NCBI GenBank assembly: GCA_963790265.1
Contig: CAWBNT010000001.1
Coordinates: forward strand, 1,928,503 to 1,992,502
Direction of reading: 5' to 3'
DNA length: 64,000 bases
Source of the DNA: an uncultured Actinomycetota bacterium
Lineage (GTDB): Bacteria > Actinomycetota > Thermoleophilia > Solirubrobacterales > Solirubrobacteraceae
The translations under genes were made by a program, and so were the position numbers. How positions within the stretch are numbered: the stretch's first letter is position 1; each line of letters starts with the position of its first letter. The notes below the pieces were generated by a model. That model was not told where the DNA came from. It ran no database searches and saw only the letters and a list, made by a program, of their open reading frames with translations. Positions 37,324-47,750 of the stretch are shown here, piece by piece.

Positions 37324-38736
37324 ATGCTGCGTCTTCGCGTCCTGACCTGTGCACTGCTCGCGTGCGCCTCGCTCGGCGCCGCTGCGCTTGGCACCGCGGC
37401 CCCTGCGCTTGCCTCCCAGCGGCAGCTGACCTACTTCGAGGCGCCGGAAATGCTGCTGAATCCGGCCACCAGCCCTGGCGCGATCAGGCAGCTCCAGTCG
37501 CTCGGCGTGAGCGCGCTGCGCCTCGAACTGACATGGGGCTACATCGCGCCGGACGCCGGCAGCGCCACCAAGCCCAGCTTCGAAGCCGCCAACCCCGCCT
37601 CCTACTACTGGGGCCAATACGACGCCGTGATCGCCGAAGCCAAACGGCTGAAATGGCAGGTGCTGCTGACGGTGAGCTCGCCTGTGCCGCGGTGGGCAAC
37701 CTCCAACAAGCAGGCGCCCTACGTAACGCGCCCCGACGACCGCGACTTCGAAGAATTCATGACCGCGGTGGCACGTCACTTCGGCAACCAGGTCTCGACA
37801 TATGCGATATGGAACGAGCCCAACCAGCCCGCGTTCCTGCGGCCGCAGTTCAGCCCCAGCGGCAAGCCGGAAGCCGGTTGGATCTACCGCGGCCTCTTCC
37901 AGGCCGGCTACAAAGGCCTCGTCACCGGTGGCCTCTCCAAACCACAGGTGCTGATGGGCGAAGCGCAACCGACCGCCAAGTTCTACAAAAACTACAAAGA
38001 AGGCCAGCTCTACGACGCCGTCGCGCCGGTCGCCTTCATGCGCGAAGCGCTCTGCCTGAACGCCAAATACAAGAGATCGCCGACCTGCGAACCCCTCCCC
38101 GCCGCCGGGTTCTCGATCCACCCCTACACCACTGCCACAGGGCCCTACGGCACCCCGTCGAATCCAGACGACGTCACGATCAACACCCTCGGAAGGCTCG
38201 TGCAAGCGCTCAACAAGGCCGGCAAAGCCGGGGCCGTGAAAGCCGGTCTACCGGTCTACATCACCGAGTTCGGGATCAGGACCAAGCCCGAACCCTATAT
38301 CGGCGTATCTCCCTCCACGGCGGCCGAATGGGACGCGATCAGCGAACGCCTTGCCTGGGAAAACCCGCACGTGGCGAGCTTCTGCCAGTACCTGTTGAAG
38401 GACGACGTCCTGCACAAGGGCCCGCAGACCGGCTTGGAGAAGCTGGGCGGCGCCAAGAAGCCGCTCTACTACGCCTTCCCGGTTCCACTCACGGTGACGA
38501 GCACCCGCGGCGGTTACAGCCTCTGGGGCTTCGTGCGCCCAGCAAAAAAAGCCACGACCGTGACGGTGCTGATACAGCGCCCGCACTCGAAATCCTGGCA
38601 GGTTCTCAAGAACCTCAAAACAGGCGGCTTCGGCTACTGGACGCTGAAATCGTCGGTGAAGGGCAGCTACTGGCGTGTGCGCTGGACGAGCCCCAGCGGC
38701 ATCAGATACGAAGGTCCGCCGATCAAAGCCTCCTAA
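37324..38736 (+). CDS. Secreted clan GH-A glycoside hydrolase (GH5/GH39-like)
   Basis: Signal peptide; AIWNEPN (acid/base), SIHPY, YITEFG (nucleophile); C-terminal beta-rich domain. Confidence 0.82.
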   Translation: MLRLRVLTCALLACASLGAAALGTAAPALASQRQLTYFEAPEMLLNPATSPGAIRQLQSLGVSALRLELTWGYIAPDAGSATKPSFEAANPASYYWGQYDAVIAEAKRLKWQVLLTVSSPVPRWATSNKQAPYVTRPDDRDFEEFMTAVARHFGNQVSTYAIWNEPNQPAFLRPQFSPSGKPEAGWIYRGLFQAGYKGLVTGGLSKPQVLMGEAQPTAKFYKNYKEGQLYDAVAPVAFMREALCLNAKYKRSPTCEPLPAAGFSIHPYTTATGPYGTPSNPDDVTINTLGRLVQALNKAGKAGAVKAGLPVYITEFGIRTKPEPYIGVSPSTAAEWDAISERLAWENPHVASFCQYLLKDDVLHKGPQTGLEKLGGAKKPLYYAFPVPLTVTSTRGGYSLWGFVRPAKKATTVTVLIQRPHSKSWQVLKNLKTGGFGYWTLKSSVKGSYWRVRWTSPSGIRYEGPPIKAS

Positions 38737-38740
38737 CCGG

Positions 38741-41014
38741 ATGCGATTCGCGCCGGCGCTGAGGAGCCTCGCGCTCGGCGCATTGGCGCTCTTCGCTGCC
38801 CCGCCAGCCGCGCTTGCGCTGCCGGCGCTCACAGGCTTTCTCTCCAAGCCAACCGAGCAGCTCGCCGTGCCAGGGATGGCCGCAAGCGGCGAGCTCACCC
38901 CCGAAGGCGACCTCTACACGGGCTTTGCCGAATACCGCATCCGCTTCGGATCGCGCCTTGCCCCCTGGGATCAGCCTATGCGCACGCTGGCGGATCCCGC
39001 CATTCCCTCATACTCCGGCACGCTCTTCGACGGGTCTGTGCGCTACACCCAGAGCGACTTCGCCGTCCCGCTCGCGGGCGAGCCGGTCGTCTACCAGACG
39101 ATCTCGATGAGCAACACATCCGGGAGGACGCGCCTGGCGCAGGTGGAGATGTCGGTGGCCTACACCGCCGGCTTCCCGATCAAAAGCTCAGACGGTGGCC
39201 TTGCGAGCCCGTTTCGCTTCCAGCGCCCCGCGCTCGGCGGCCCCCTCGGCGCCTACTACCAGCCGGGTCAGCAGTTTTCGGCGAGCTTCGCATACACCGT
39301 CAAGGGCCGAGATCTGGATCGAAGCGGGCTGCTGCTGGCGCGCGGGCCGACCGCGTCCAGTGAGACGATCCGCGACACGCCGCGCGACACGCCGACGAGC
39401 ACCCACGACTCGAGGCTCTTTACGCTTCGGCTGCCGCCGCATGGGCATGCGAGCCTCACATGGCAGATTCCGCTGGCACCGCCGCCGGCCAGCGCCCCCT
39501 CCGACCGCGCGCTTACGCGCATGCCGGTCGCGCAGGCAGCCGTCGCGCTGCGCAAGCTCTGGAGAGCCCAGGAGGCGGGGATGATGAGGATCTCGGTGCC
39601 CGAGCCGAAGGTGAGCGCCACCTATGAGGCCGCGATCGCGGAGATCCTCGACTCGCGCCTTCTCACAAACGCAGGCTTCGAGCAGACCCCCAACCGGCTC
39701 CAGTATCAAGCCTTCTGGGTCAGGGACGCGGCGATCGAGACCCAGGCACTCGACCTCGCGGGCCTGCACGGCGCGGCAGCCCAGAACCTCGCCTTCATGG
39801 ACTCCTTCCAGGGCCAGAACGGGCTCTTCCTCAGCCAGCCGGAACAGTACGACGCCCTCGGCCAGGCGCTGTGGGCGATCTCGGAGCACGCCGAGCTGAC
39901 CCAGGACCCCGCCTATGCCACAAGCCAGATCTCCCGCATCCAGGCGGCGATCGGCTGGCTCTCGGCGGCGAGCGAAAACGATCCGCTCGGGCTGCTGCCG
40001 GCGGCAAGCCCCGACGACAACGAGCTTGCCTCCGGGCACATCACAGGCGATGATCTCTGGGCCGCCATCGGGTTGCGTGCCGCTGTCGCCGACGCCGAGC
40101 TCGCCGGCCGCGAGGATCTCGCGACCCAGTGGCAGGCGCTCGACGAACGCTTCGAAGCATCGCTTGATGACGCGATCGCGACAGCGGTCGCCCGGGAAGG
40201 CCACATCCCGCCCGTGCTGGACGCGCGTGACGGACAGGATTGGGGCAATTACTGGGCCTCCTTCCCCACCCAGATCCTGCCGGCCGCCTCGGCCGCAGTG
40301 CAGGCGACGATCGCCTGGGCCAGAGCGCACATGGATCAGGGGCTGCCCACCTACGCCGACGGCAAAGACCTGCACGACTACCTGGGCTTCAAGATCTTCG
40401 AGACCGAGCTCGAGTCCGGGCAGGTGCAGGACGCCCTCGAAGGCTTCTATGCCGAGCTCGACCACACCACCTCCACCGACGCTGGCTGGGAGACGATCCC
40501 CGCGCCCTTCAGCGGCCGTGCCTCGGCTACGAACCTCGCTCCGCACGGCGACTTCGCGGCCGAATACATCGCGCTGCTGCGAAACATGCTGCTGCGCGAA
40601 GCACAGCCCGGAGCAATCCTCCTGCTCACAGGCGCAAGCCCCGCCTGGCTTGGTCCAGGACAGCACATTGCGGTGGTCTCCGCGCCGACGGCGCGGGGTA
40701 CCATCTCCTTCACCGAGCGCTCCAGTGCGAGCGGAGAGACGCTGACCTGGAAGGACGACTTCGCCCCCGGCACACGACTGAGTTGGGCCCTTCCGAGATG
40801 GGCGCAATCCGCGCGCCTGGCGGGTGGGGCGCCGGTCGGCGAGAGCGTTGCACTCGAAGGCGACTCCGGCTCGCTGAGCGTGTACTTCAACGGCACGCGG
40901 CCAGATCGGTCCTATGCGCAAGCGATCGCAGGGCTTGACGCCGAATACAGGACACACGGCCGGCCGGCCCCGTTGGTGCCCGCGACGCAGACGCTCGCGC
41001 CCGCGATGCGCTAG
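38741..41014 (+). CDS. Secreted six-hairpin (alpha/alpha)6 glycosidase-like protein
   Basis: Signal peptide; YQAFWVRDAA, EQYDALGQALW, GLLPA, NLAPHG, VSAPTARG. Confidence 0.7.
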   Translation: MRFAPALRSLALGALALFAAPPAALALPALTGFLSKPTEQLAVPGMAASGELTPEGDLYTGFAEYRIRFGSRLAPWDQPMRTLADPAIPSYSGTLFDGSVRYTQSDFAVPLAGEPVVYQTISMSNTSGRTRLAQVEMSVAYTAGFPIKSSDGGLASPFRFQRPALGGPLGAYYQPGQQFSASFAYTVKGRDLDRSGLLLARGPTASSETIRDTPRDTPTSTHDSRLFTLRLPPHGHASLTWQIPLAPPPASAPSDRALTRMPVAQAAVALRKLWRAQEAGMMRISVPEPKVSATYEAAIAEILDSRLLTNAGFEQTPNRLQYQAFWVRDAAIETQALDLAGLHGAAAQNLAFMDSFQGQNGLFLSQPEQYDALGQALWAISEHAELTQDPAYATSQISRIQAAIGWLSAASENDPLGLLPAASPDDNELASGHITGDDLWAAIGLRAAVADAELAGREDLATQWQALDERFEASLDDAIATAVAREGHIPPVLDARDGQDWGNYWASFPTQILPAASAAVQATIAWARAHMDQGLPTYADGKDLHDYLGFKIFETELESGQVQDALEGFYAELDHTTSTDAGWETIPAPFSGRASATNLAPHGDFAAEYIALLRNMLLREAQPGAILLLTGASPAWLGPGQHIAVVSAPTARGTISFTERSSASGETLTWKDDFAPGTRLSWALPRWAQSARLAGGAPVGESVALEGDSGSLSVYFNGTRPDRSYAQAIAGLDAEYRTHGRPAPLVPATQTLAPAMR

Positions 41015-41676
41015 TCCGCGCCGGCCGCCTCTGCGATCGCACGATAGGCATCGCCCGGGTTCTTACTCCCGAATATCGCGGACCCCGCGACGAACAGGCT
41101 GGCGCCGGCCTCTCTGCAAAGCGGCGCTGTGGTCGAATCGACGCCGCCGTCCACCTCGATCGCAACGGCGTATCCGAGGAGCGCGCGCAGGCGACTTATC
41201 TTGCCGGGCGAGCGCGCGATGAACGGCTGGCCGCCCCATCCGGGGTTCACGGTCATGCACAGCGCGAGATCGAGCAGCTCCGCAATCTCCAGGAGCACCT
41301 CCGGCGGCGTCGCAGGGTTGATCGCAACGCCGGCCCCCGCTCCGTGCTCGCGCACCCGTTCCACGGCGTAGGCGAGGTGTGGCGTAGCCTCGGCGTGGAC
41401 GGTGATCGAGCCGGCTCCGGCACCGGCGAAATCGGCGACGTGGCGCTCGGGGCGCTCGATCATCAGGTGCACGTCGAGAACCGCGCCGGCGGCGTGCGCC
41501 TGCTCGGCGAGCCCCGCCACGACCAGTGGCCCGACGGTGATCGGCGGCACGAAATGACCATCCATCACATCGACATGGATCACCCGCGCACCGGCGTCCA
41601 GCACCTCCTGGACCTGCTCTTTGAGCCGCGAGAAGTCCGCCGAGAGGATCGATGGCGCGACGCGCACCTCGTGCAT
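41011..41676 (-). CDS. rpe: Ribulose-phosphate 3-epimerase
   Basis: APSILSADF, HVDVMDGHFVP, MTVNPGWGGQ, EVDGG, VAGSA. Confidence 0.97.
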   Translation of the reverse strand: MHEVRVAPSILSADFSRLKEQVQEVLDAGARVIHVDVMDGHFVPPITVGPLVVAGLAEQAHAAGAVLDVHLMIERPERHVADFAGAGAGSITVHAEATPHLAYAVERVREHGAGAGVAINPATPPEVLLEIAELLDLALCMTVNPGWGGQPFIARSPGKISRLRALLGYAVAIEVDGGVDSTTAPLCREAGASLFVAGSAIFGSKNPGDAYRAIAEAAGAD

Positions 41677-41777
41677 GGGAGAGCCGTCGCTCACGCCGCA
41701 ATCCTGCCTGAGGAGCCGGACGCGATCAACCTCGGCCGTACGGGCCGACACAACGCTCGCCCAGCCGACGGTCTGGA

Positions 41778-42005
41778 TCAGATCGCCATCAGCATGCTGT
41801 CGCCGCAGTTGTTGCACTTCATGATCGCCGTCGAGGACATCCGCACGATCGTGGAGTGCTCGCCGCAGTTTGGGCACACGGAGGCCAGCTCGAAGCGCCG
41901 CAGGCAGTTCACGCAGCGGTAGCGTCCGGGCAGGTTGGTGGGACGCAGCCAGGGCTCAGCGCAGTTGGGGCAGCTCGGGCCCAGGTCGATCTTGTTGCCC
42001 GTCAT
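41778..42005 (-). CDS. Small four-CxxC (double zinc-ribbon) protein
   Basis: CPNC, CVNC, CPNC, CNNC in 75 aa; start overlaps the rsmB stop. Confidence 0.8.
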   Translation of the reverse strand: MTGNKIDLGPSCPNCAEPWLRPTNLPGRYRCVNCLRRFELASVCPNCGEHSTIVRMSSTAIMKCNNCGDSMLMAI

Positions 42006-43324
42006 CCGCATTGCCGCCTCAGCTTCGCGATGAAGAACCCTGCGGTGCGATCGCGGTCGGGCAGGCTGGTGAGAAATGGCCCCGCGCCAGACATGCCCGC
42101 CGCCGGGCCCGCTGGCTCGGTCGCGAACTCCGGATGCGCATCCAGGAAGAGTTCCATCTGTTGCTCGTTCTCTGCGTGGGAGATCGTGCACGTAGAGTAG
42201 ACCAGCGTCCCGCCGGGACGTACCGCTTCGGCGGCTGCGCCAAGGATCTTGCACTGCAGAGCCGCCAGCTCGCGGACCGACCGCTCGCTTGCCCTCCAGC
42301 GCAGGTCGGGGTGGCCCTGCAACGTTCCCAGCCCGGAGCACGGCGCGTCGAGAAGCACCCGGTCGAAGCTCTCTCCTTCCGGCCGGGGCGCCTGGGCGTC
42401 CACGGTCTGCACCTCCACGCACCGCGCCCTCGTTCGCTCCACGGCCTCGCGCAGCTCGCGCGCGCGGCCCGGATGACGCTCGACGGCCACGATCCTGCCC
42501 TGCCCTTGCATCAGCGCGGCGATGTGCGTGGTCTTGCCGCCGGGGGCCGCACAGAGGTCGAGCACCTGCTCCCCAGGCTTGGGGTCGAGCACCAGCGAGA
42601 CGAGCATCGCCGCCCGCGACTGAGCCATCACCAGCCCACTGCGCCAAGCCTTTGAGGCGTGCAGGTCGAGTGGCTTGCTCAGCACGATCGCCTCCGGCAG
42701 GCGGACGCCAAGCAGCGTGGAGCCGGCCTGCTCTCCGAGCGCGGCGGCGATCTCCCCCGGCTCGGCGAGCAGCGTGTTGACCCTCAAGACGTTCTCAGCG
42801 GGCTCGTTGTCGGCGGCCATCAGCGAGCGCGCCTGGTCGGAGCCGAGCTGCTCCCACCACATCTGCGCAAGCCATGCAGGGTGCGAGTGCGCGATTGCGG
42901 CGGTCTTGGGCGTCGAGTCCTCGAGCAGCCCGAGCACCGCCCTGCCCTCGCGCGCCGCGCGCCGCAGGACCGCGTTGACCAGCCCGTGCCCGCGGCTGCG
43001 CGATCGCTTCGTGAGCTCGACCGCGTCGTCGACCACCGCGTGCACTGCGGGAGAGCTGCTGTAGAGCATCTCGTAGAGGCCGAGGCGAAGGGCGGCCAGC
43101 ACCGGCGGGTCGATTGCGCTCAGCTCACGCACGCTCAGGCGCTCGATCGCGGGATCAAGCGTGCCGATCCGCTGGATCGTGCCGTAGGAGAGATGCATCG
43201 CCAGCGCCCGCTCGCGTGTGCCAAGCCCGCTCGCGCAGGAGTGAAGCGCCCGGTCTGCGTAAGCGTCCTGCTCGAAGACGCGCCTCAGCACCCGGTATGC
43301 GCAGGCACGCGCCTCAGAGGGCAT
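42002..43324 (-). CDS. rsmB: 16S rRNA m5C967 methyltransferase RsmB/Sun
   Basis: NusB-like N-terminus LVNAVLR, LDLCAAPGGKT, DAPCSGLG, YSTCT. Confidence 0.95.
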   Translation of the reverse strand: MPSEARACAYRVLRRVFEQDAYADRALHSCASGLGTRERALAMHLSYGTIQRIGTLDPAIERLSVRELSAIDPPVLAALRLGLYEMLYSSSPAVHAVVDDAVELTKRSRSRGHGLVNAVLRRAAREGRAVLGLLEDSTPKTAAIAHSHPAWLAQMWWEQLGSDQARSLMAADNEPAENVLRVNTLLAEPGEIAAALGEQAGSTLLGVRLPEAIVLSKPLDLHASKAWRSGLVMAQSRAAMLVSLVLDPKPGEQVLDLCAAPGGKTTHIAALMQGQGRIVAVERHPGRARELREAVERTRARCVEVQTVDAQAPRPEGESFDRVLLDAPCSGLGTLQGHPDLRWRASERSVRELAALQCKILGAAAEAVRPGGTLVYSTCTISHAENEQQMELFLDAHPEFATEPAGPAAGMSGAGPFLTSLPDRDRTAGFFIAKLRRQCG

Positions 43325-44242
43325 GACCGCGCATGTACGCCGCAGCGTCCATCGCCCGCCCGCCCGGAGGCTGCACCTCCAGCAACTCCAGGGCCTGCCC
43401 GCGCGCAAGGCCATAGAGCAGCCGCTCCCCGCTCCTGCCAAGCACGCCCTGCGGGAGAGGTGCCTTGGCGCCCACGCTCTCCTGCGCCACCGCGGCCCTG
43501 GCCCGCAGGACGCCGAGCGCAGCGCCCTCGGGCAGCGTGAGTCGGGCACCGATGTGCGGGTGCAGCGCCCGCACGATTCGCTCCAGCTCGATCGCAGTGC
43601 GGACCGGGTCCAGCATGCGGTCCGCGGCCTCGATCTTCTCCGCGTAGGTCGCCCCCTGTCTCATCCTGCTCGTGGAAGGGCAGCGGATCGCCGCTGCCCA
43701 TGCGGTCGAGCGCCTGTACGAGCAGCTCGCCCCCGAGCAGGCACAGGCGCCCTCCGAGACTGCCGTAGTCGTCATCGGGGCCGATCGGCTCCTCGGCGGC
43801 AAGGCACACTGGCCCGCTGTCCAGGCCCGCTGTCAGCCGCATGATCGAGACGCCGGTGCGCTCATCGCCGGCCATGATCGCGCGCTCGATCGGCGCCGCG
43901 CCGCGCCACCTCGGCAGCAGGGATGGGTGGATGTTGAGCATCGGGTGGCTGGAGAGCAGCGGCTCTCGGATCAGAGCGCCGAATGCGCAGACGATCAGCG
44001 CCTGCGGCTCCACGCTCTCGACCTCCGCCAGCGTCTGCGGCGAGCTCACGCTCTCCGGTTGGGAGAGCGGGACGCCGAGCTCTCTGCGCCAGTTGCGCCA
44101 CCGGTGGCGCAGCGAGCCGCCGTCCCCGCCCCTTTGGGCGGTCGGGCCGCGTAATCGCCAGAGCGGGACGGTGATCTCCTGTGCAGAGGCGGCGCAGCAC
44201 GCCAGCCGCGAACTCGGATGTGCCGAGGAAGACTGTTCGCAA
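43314..44242 (-). CDS. fmt: Methionyl-tRNA formyltransferase (two apparent frameshifts)
   Basis: MRTVFLGTSEFA, TRPDRPKGRG; LNIHPSLLPRWRGAAPI, LDSGP; TYAEKI...LEVQPPGGRAM, spread over three frames. Confidence 0.9.
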
Positions 44243-44260
44243 CGGCCGGGGCCCACCGCG

Positions 44261-44848
44261 TCAGGCGTCGCGCTCGGGGAGCGCTTCGCGCAACGCGCGC
44301 ATCGCCTGCTTGCGCTGCTCCTTGGAGATGCGGTCGAGGATCAGCACGCCGTCGAGATGGTCAACCTCGTGCTGGATCACACGCGCCTCCAGGCCCTCCG
44401 CCTCGATCTCGATCGACGCCCCGGTCGCATCCTGCCCGCTCACCCGCACGCGCGCGGGCCGGTGAACCTCGACGTGGATGCCGGGGATGCTCAAACAGCC
44501 CTCCTCGGCGCCCTCGGTCTCCTCGCTGACCCACTCCAGAACGGGGTTGGCGAGCACCGTCAGCGGCTGCTCGGGGTCGGTGCGGTACACCAGCAACCGG
44601 TGCAGCACCCCCACCTGCGTCGCCGCCAGGCCGACGCCGAGCGCGTCGTCCATCAGGGCGCCCATGCGCCGTACCTCCTCGGCCAGATGCTCGTCGAAGC
44701 GCTGCACCGGGAGGGCTCTCGCGCGCAGCACCGGGTCCCCGAGCTTGCGCACGTGGGCAAGGGCCGCGTCACGACGCGCCCTGACCTCGGGATCCAGTTC
44801 CTCGGGCTGCTGCTCCTGCTCGGGCTCTGCGACGTCCAGCTCGCTCAT
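44261..44848 (-). CDS. def: Peptide deformylase
   Basis: GVGLAATQVG, EGCLSIP, QHEVDHLDG. Confidence 0.96.
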   Translation of the reverse strand: MSELDVAEPEQEQQPEELDPEVRARRDAALAHVRKLGDPVLRARALPVQRFDEHLAEEVRRMGALMDDALGVGLAATQVGVLHRLLVYRTDPEQPLTVLANPVLEWVSEETEGAEEGCLSIPGIHVEVHRPARVRVSGQDATGASIEIEAEGLEARVIQHEVDHLDGVLILDRISKEQRKQAMRALREALPERDA

Positions 44849-44927
44849 CGGGATCAGTTTAGGGCCTGCGAGCGGCGGCAATCCAGCAGGCTGCGCGCCA
44901 GGCGCGGCGAGGGTAGGCTGCGCCCCG

Positions 44928-45623
44928 ATGGCCGCAGCCAGCACGATCGCCGCGCTCGATGCAAGCACGATCGCCTCGCTCGCCACGGCCGTGGGAACGC
45001 TCGTGCTCGCCCTGGCCACGTTCTCCTCCACCCGCTCGGCCAATCGCGCCGCCCGTGTCTCCGAGCAGGCTTTGAAAGTCGGCCTTCGCCCCGTGCTCTT
45101 CAACGCCCGCCCGCAGGACGCTCCCCAGAAGGTCGGCTTCGTCGACGACCATTGGCTCGGTCTGCGCGACGGCCTGGCGGCGGTGCAGTGCTTCGAGCAG
45201 AAGCTCTACCTCGCGATCCCGCTGCGCAACGTCGGCGCCGGGCTCGCCGTGCTGCACGGCTGGAGCCTATGGACGCAGCGCGCCGTCAGCGACGTGCCGC
45301 CGCGAGAGCTCCAGGAGTTTCGCCGGCTCCAGCGCGACCTCTACGTGCCCGCCGGCGACATCAGCTTCTGGCAGGCGGCGATCCGCGATCCCAGCGACCC
45401 GCTCTACGAGCCGCTGCGGGAGTCGACGCAGAGGCGCACGCCGATGAGCGTCGACATCCTCTACGGCGACCACGAGGGCGGCCAGCGGACGATCACCCGC
45501 TTCTTCCTCTCCCCACGCAGTCACGTGCCATCGACCGAGGCCGCCGCGACCGAGGAGGAGCCATGGCTGTGGGTGTGCTCGACCTCGCGCCATTGGAACC
45601 TCGACCGCGCCGACCCGCGCTAG
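44928..45623 (+). CDS. Hypothetical membrane-anchored protein
   Basis: N-terminal TM (TAVGTLVLALATF), LRNVGAGLA, YGDHEGGQRT; TAGGCT box 8 nt before the ATG; fills the gap between def and priA. Confidence 0.75.
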   Translation: MAAASTIAALDASTIASLATAVGTLVLALATFSSTRSANRAARVSEQALKVGLRPVLFNARPQDAPQKVGFVDDHWLGLRDGLAAVQCFEQKLYLAIPLRNVGAGLAVLHGWSLWTQRAVSDVPPRELQEFRRLQRDLYVPAGDISFWQAAIRDPSDPLYEPLRESTQRRTPMSVDILYGDHEGGQRTITRFFLSPRSHVPSTEAAATEEEPWLWVCSTSRHWNLDRADPR

Positions 45624-45700
45624 CGAGCACACCCGCTGCCGCCGGCAGCGCTGAACCGGCTCGAGCCGGCGCCCGTGGCGTCGGCAGACTGCAGGCCGGT

Positions 45701-47686
45701 CTACTGCGGGTCCACATCCACCGAGAAGCTGACGCCGGCGTGGCGGCGGTCGGCCGAGACCTCGCGCACCGCCGCGTCGATCGCCCTGACCGCGAGGGCG
45801 CGCTGCGCAGCCTTTATCACCAGCGCCTGACGCTCGCGGCCGCGCAAACGGAACAGCGAAGCCGGCCCGAGCAGACCGATTTCGCCGCTCCTTCGAGCCG
45901 GAGCGAGACGTCCGGCGAGCGCCTTCGCGGCCTGCAGCGCGCGCTGCCCATCGACCGCGGAGCAGACCACGCGCACCAGATGGGAGAACGGCGGGTAGGA
46001 GAGCGCGCGGCGGCGCTCCAGCTCGCCGGCCAGGAAGCCGTCGCTGTCGTGGGCGGCGGCATCTTCGAGACTGCGCGCATCTGGGGTGATCGTCTGCACC
46101 AGCACGTGGCCCTCCGCCCCCCTGCCCACGCGGCCGGCGAGCTGCGCGACGAGCGCGAACGTGCGCTCCTCGGCCCGGAAGTCGGGGAATCGCAGCGTCG
46201 CATCCGCGTCGAGCACAAGCCCGAGGGTGACGTCGGCGAAGTCGTGGCCCTTGGCGACCATCTGGGTGCCGATCAGCACCCCGGCGCTTGCGTCCTGGAA
46301 GCCACCGAGCAGCTGCGCGACGTCGGTGCCCGCGGTGTCTGCGTCCAGCCTGAATACCGGGAAGGAGCCATCGTCAAGGGTGGCCGCAAGCTCCTGCTGC
46401 AGCCGCTCGGTCCCGGTGCCGTGGCGAGCGAGCGTGCTCGAGCCGCACTCGCACAGCGTGGGGATCGGCTCGCGGTGCTCGCAGTGGTGGCAGGCCAGTA
46501 CGCCCTGCGCACGGTGCATGACCAGGGTGACATCGCAGTTGGGGCAGCTCCAGACGGTTCCGCAGGCGCGACAGGAGAGGAAGTTCGACCAGCCGCGGCG
46601 GTTGAGAAGCACGATCGCCTTGCCGCGGTCCTGGCGCAGCTGGGCCAGCGCCGCGGCGCTGCGCGGGTGAAGCGCCTCGGGCCGGCCGCGCATGTCGAGC
46701 AGCTCCACCCGTGGCAGCGGCCGTCCGTCCACGCGGCTTTGCAGCCTTATGCGCTGCATTCGCTGCACGCTCTCGGGCCGCGGCGTAGCACTGCCGGCCA
46801 GCAGCAGCGCACCGGTCTGGCTCGCGCGCTGTGCCGCGACGTCGCGCGCGTCGTAGCGGGGATCGCCCTCGTGCTTGTAGGAGGCATCGTGCTCCTCGTC
46901 CAGCACGATCAGGCCGAGATCCTCGATCGGCGCGAACACCGCCGATCGCGGCCCGACGCAGACGCGGGCCTCGCCACTGCGCAGCCGCCGCCACTCCTCT
47001 CGCCGCTCAGGCGCAGAGAGGCGCGAGTGCAGGACGGCCACGGTCTCGCCGAAGCGCTCCAGGAAGCGCGCGAGCATCTGTGGCGTCAGCGCGATCTCCG
47101 GCACCATTATGATCACCCCCGAGCCGCGCTGCAGCACGGTGGCGGCGAGCTGCAGGTATATCTCGGTCTTGCCTGAGCCGGTCACGCCGTGCAGCAGGTG
47201 CGCCTGCGGCTCGGCGCCACCAAGCGCGGCGGTCAGCTGCGTGAGAGCGTCGGCCTGCGCGGCGGTCAGCTCCGGTGGCGCGCCCCGCAGGACGCCGACC
47301 GGCCGATGCTCTGGCCGGCGGACGCGGGTACGGCGCGGTTTGCCGCTCAGCTGACCGCGCGTCAGACCTGGCGGCAGCACGAGCTTCAGCGCCCTTGGCA
47401 CCGTCGAGCAGTACTGCGCCGCGATCCACTGCGCCAGCTCGACCAGATCGCGCGGCACGCCTGCCTGCAGTGCACGCAGCGGCGCAAGCAGGCGGTCCTC
47501 GGCGATTTCGCTGTGCTGCGTGAGCTCCACGACCACGCCGAGCACCTCGCGCGCTCCGAACGGCACCACCAGCAGCGAGCCGACCTCGACGCCGCCCTGC
47601 ATCTCGTTGGGCAGCCGGTAGTCGAATGGCCCGCGCAACGCACGGGCGCTGCTCAGCGGCTGGACCTGGGCGATCGCAGCACTCAC
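45701..47686 (-). CDS. priA: Primosomal protein N'
   Basis: GVTGSGKTE, DEEHD, LNRRG plus Zn-finger cysteines, GTQMVAKGHDF. Confidence 0.96.
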   Translation of the reverse strand: MSAAIAQVQPLSSARALRGPFDYRLPNEMQGGVEVGSLLVVPFGAREVLGVVVELTQHSEIAEDRLLAPLRALQAGVPRDLVELAQWIAAQYCSTVPRALKLVLPPGLTRGQLSGKPRRTRVRRPEHRPVGVLRGAPPELTAAQADALTQLTAALGGAEPQAHLLHGVTGSGKTEIYLQLAATVLQRGSGVIIMVPEIALTPQMLARFLERFGETVAVLHSRLSAPERREEWRRLRSGEARVCVGPRSAVFAPIEDLGLIVLDEEHDASYKHEGDPRYDARDVAAQRASQTGALLLAGSATPRPESVQRMQRIRLQSRVDGRPLPRVELLDMRGRPEALHPRSAAALAQLRQDRGKAIVLLNRRGWSNFLSCRACGTVWSCPNCDVTLVMHRAQGVLACHHCEHREPIPTLCECGSSTLARHGTGTERLQQELAATLDDGSFPVFRLDADTAGTDVAQLLGGFQDASAGVLIGTQMVAKGHDFADVTLGLVLDADATLRFPDFRAEERTFALVAQLAGRVGRGAEGHVLVQTITPDARSLEDAAAHDSDGFLAGELERRRALSYPPFSHLVRVVCSAVDGQRALQAAKALAGRLAPARRSGEIGLLGPASLFRLRGRERQALVIKAAQRALAVRAIDAAVREVSADRRHAGVSFSVDVDPQ

Positions 47687-47750
47687 CGCTTCGCCCAGAT
47701 CGAATCGCGCGAGATCGGCGGCAGGCGCGCGATCTGCACCCGCGGCGCTC

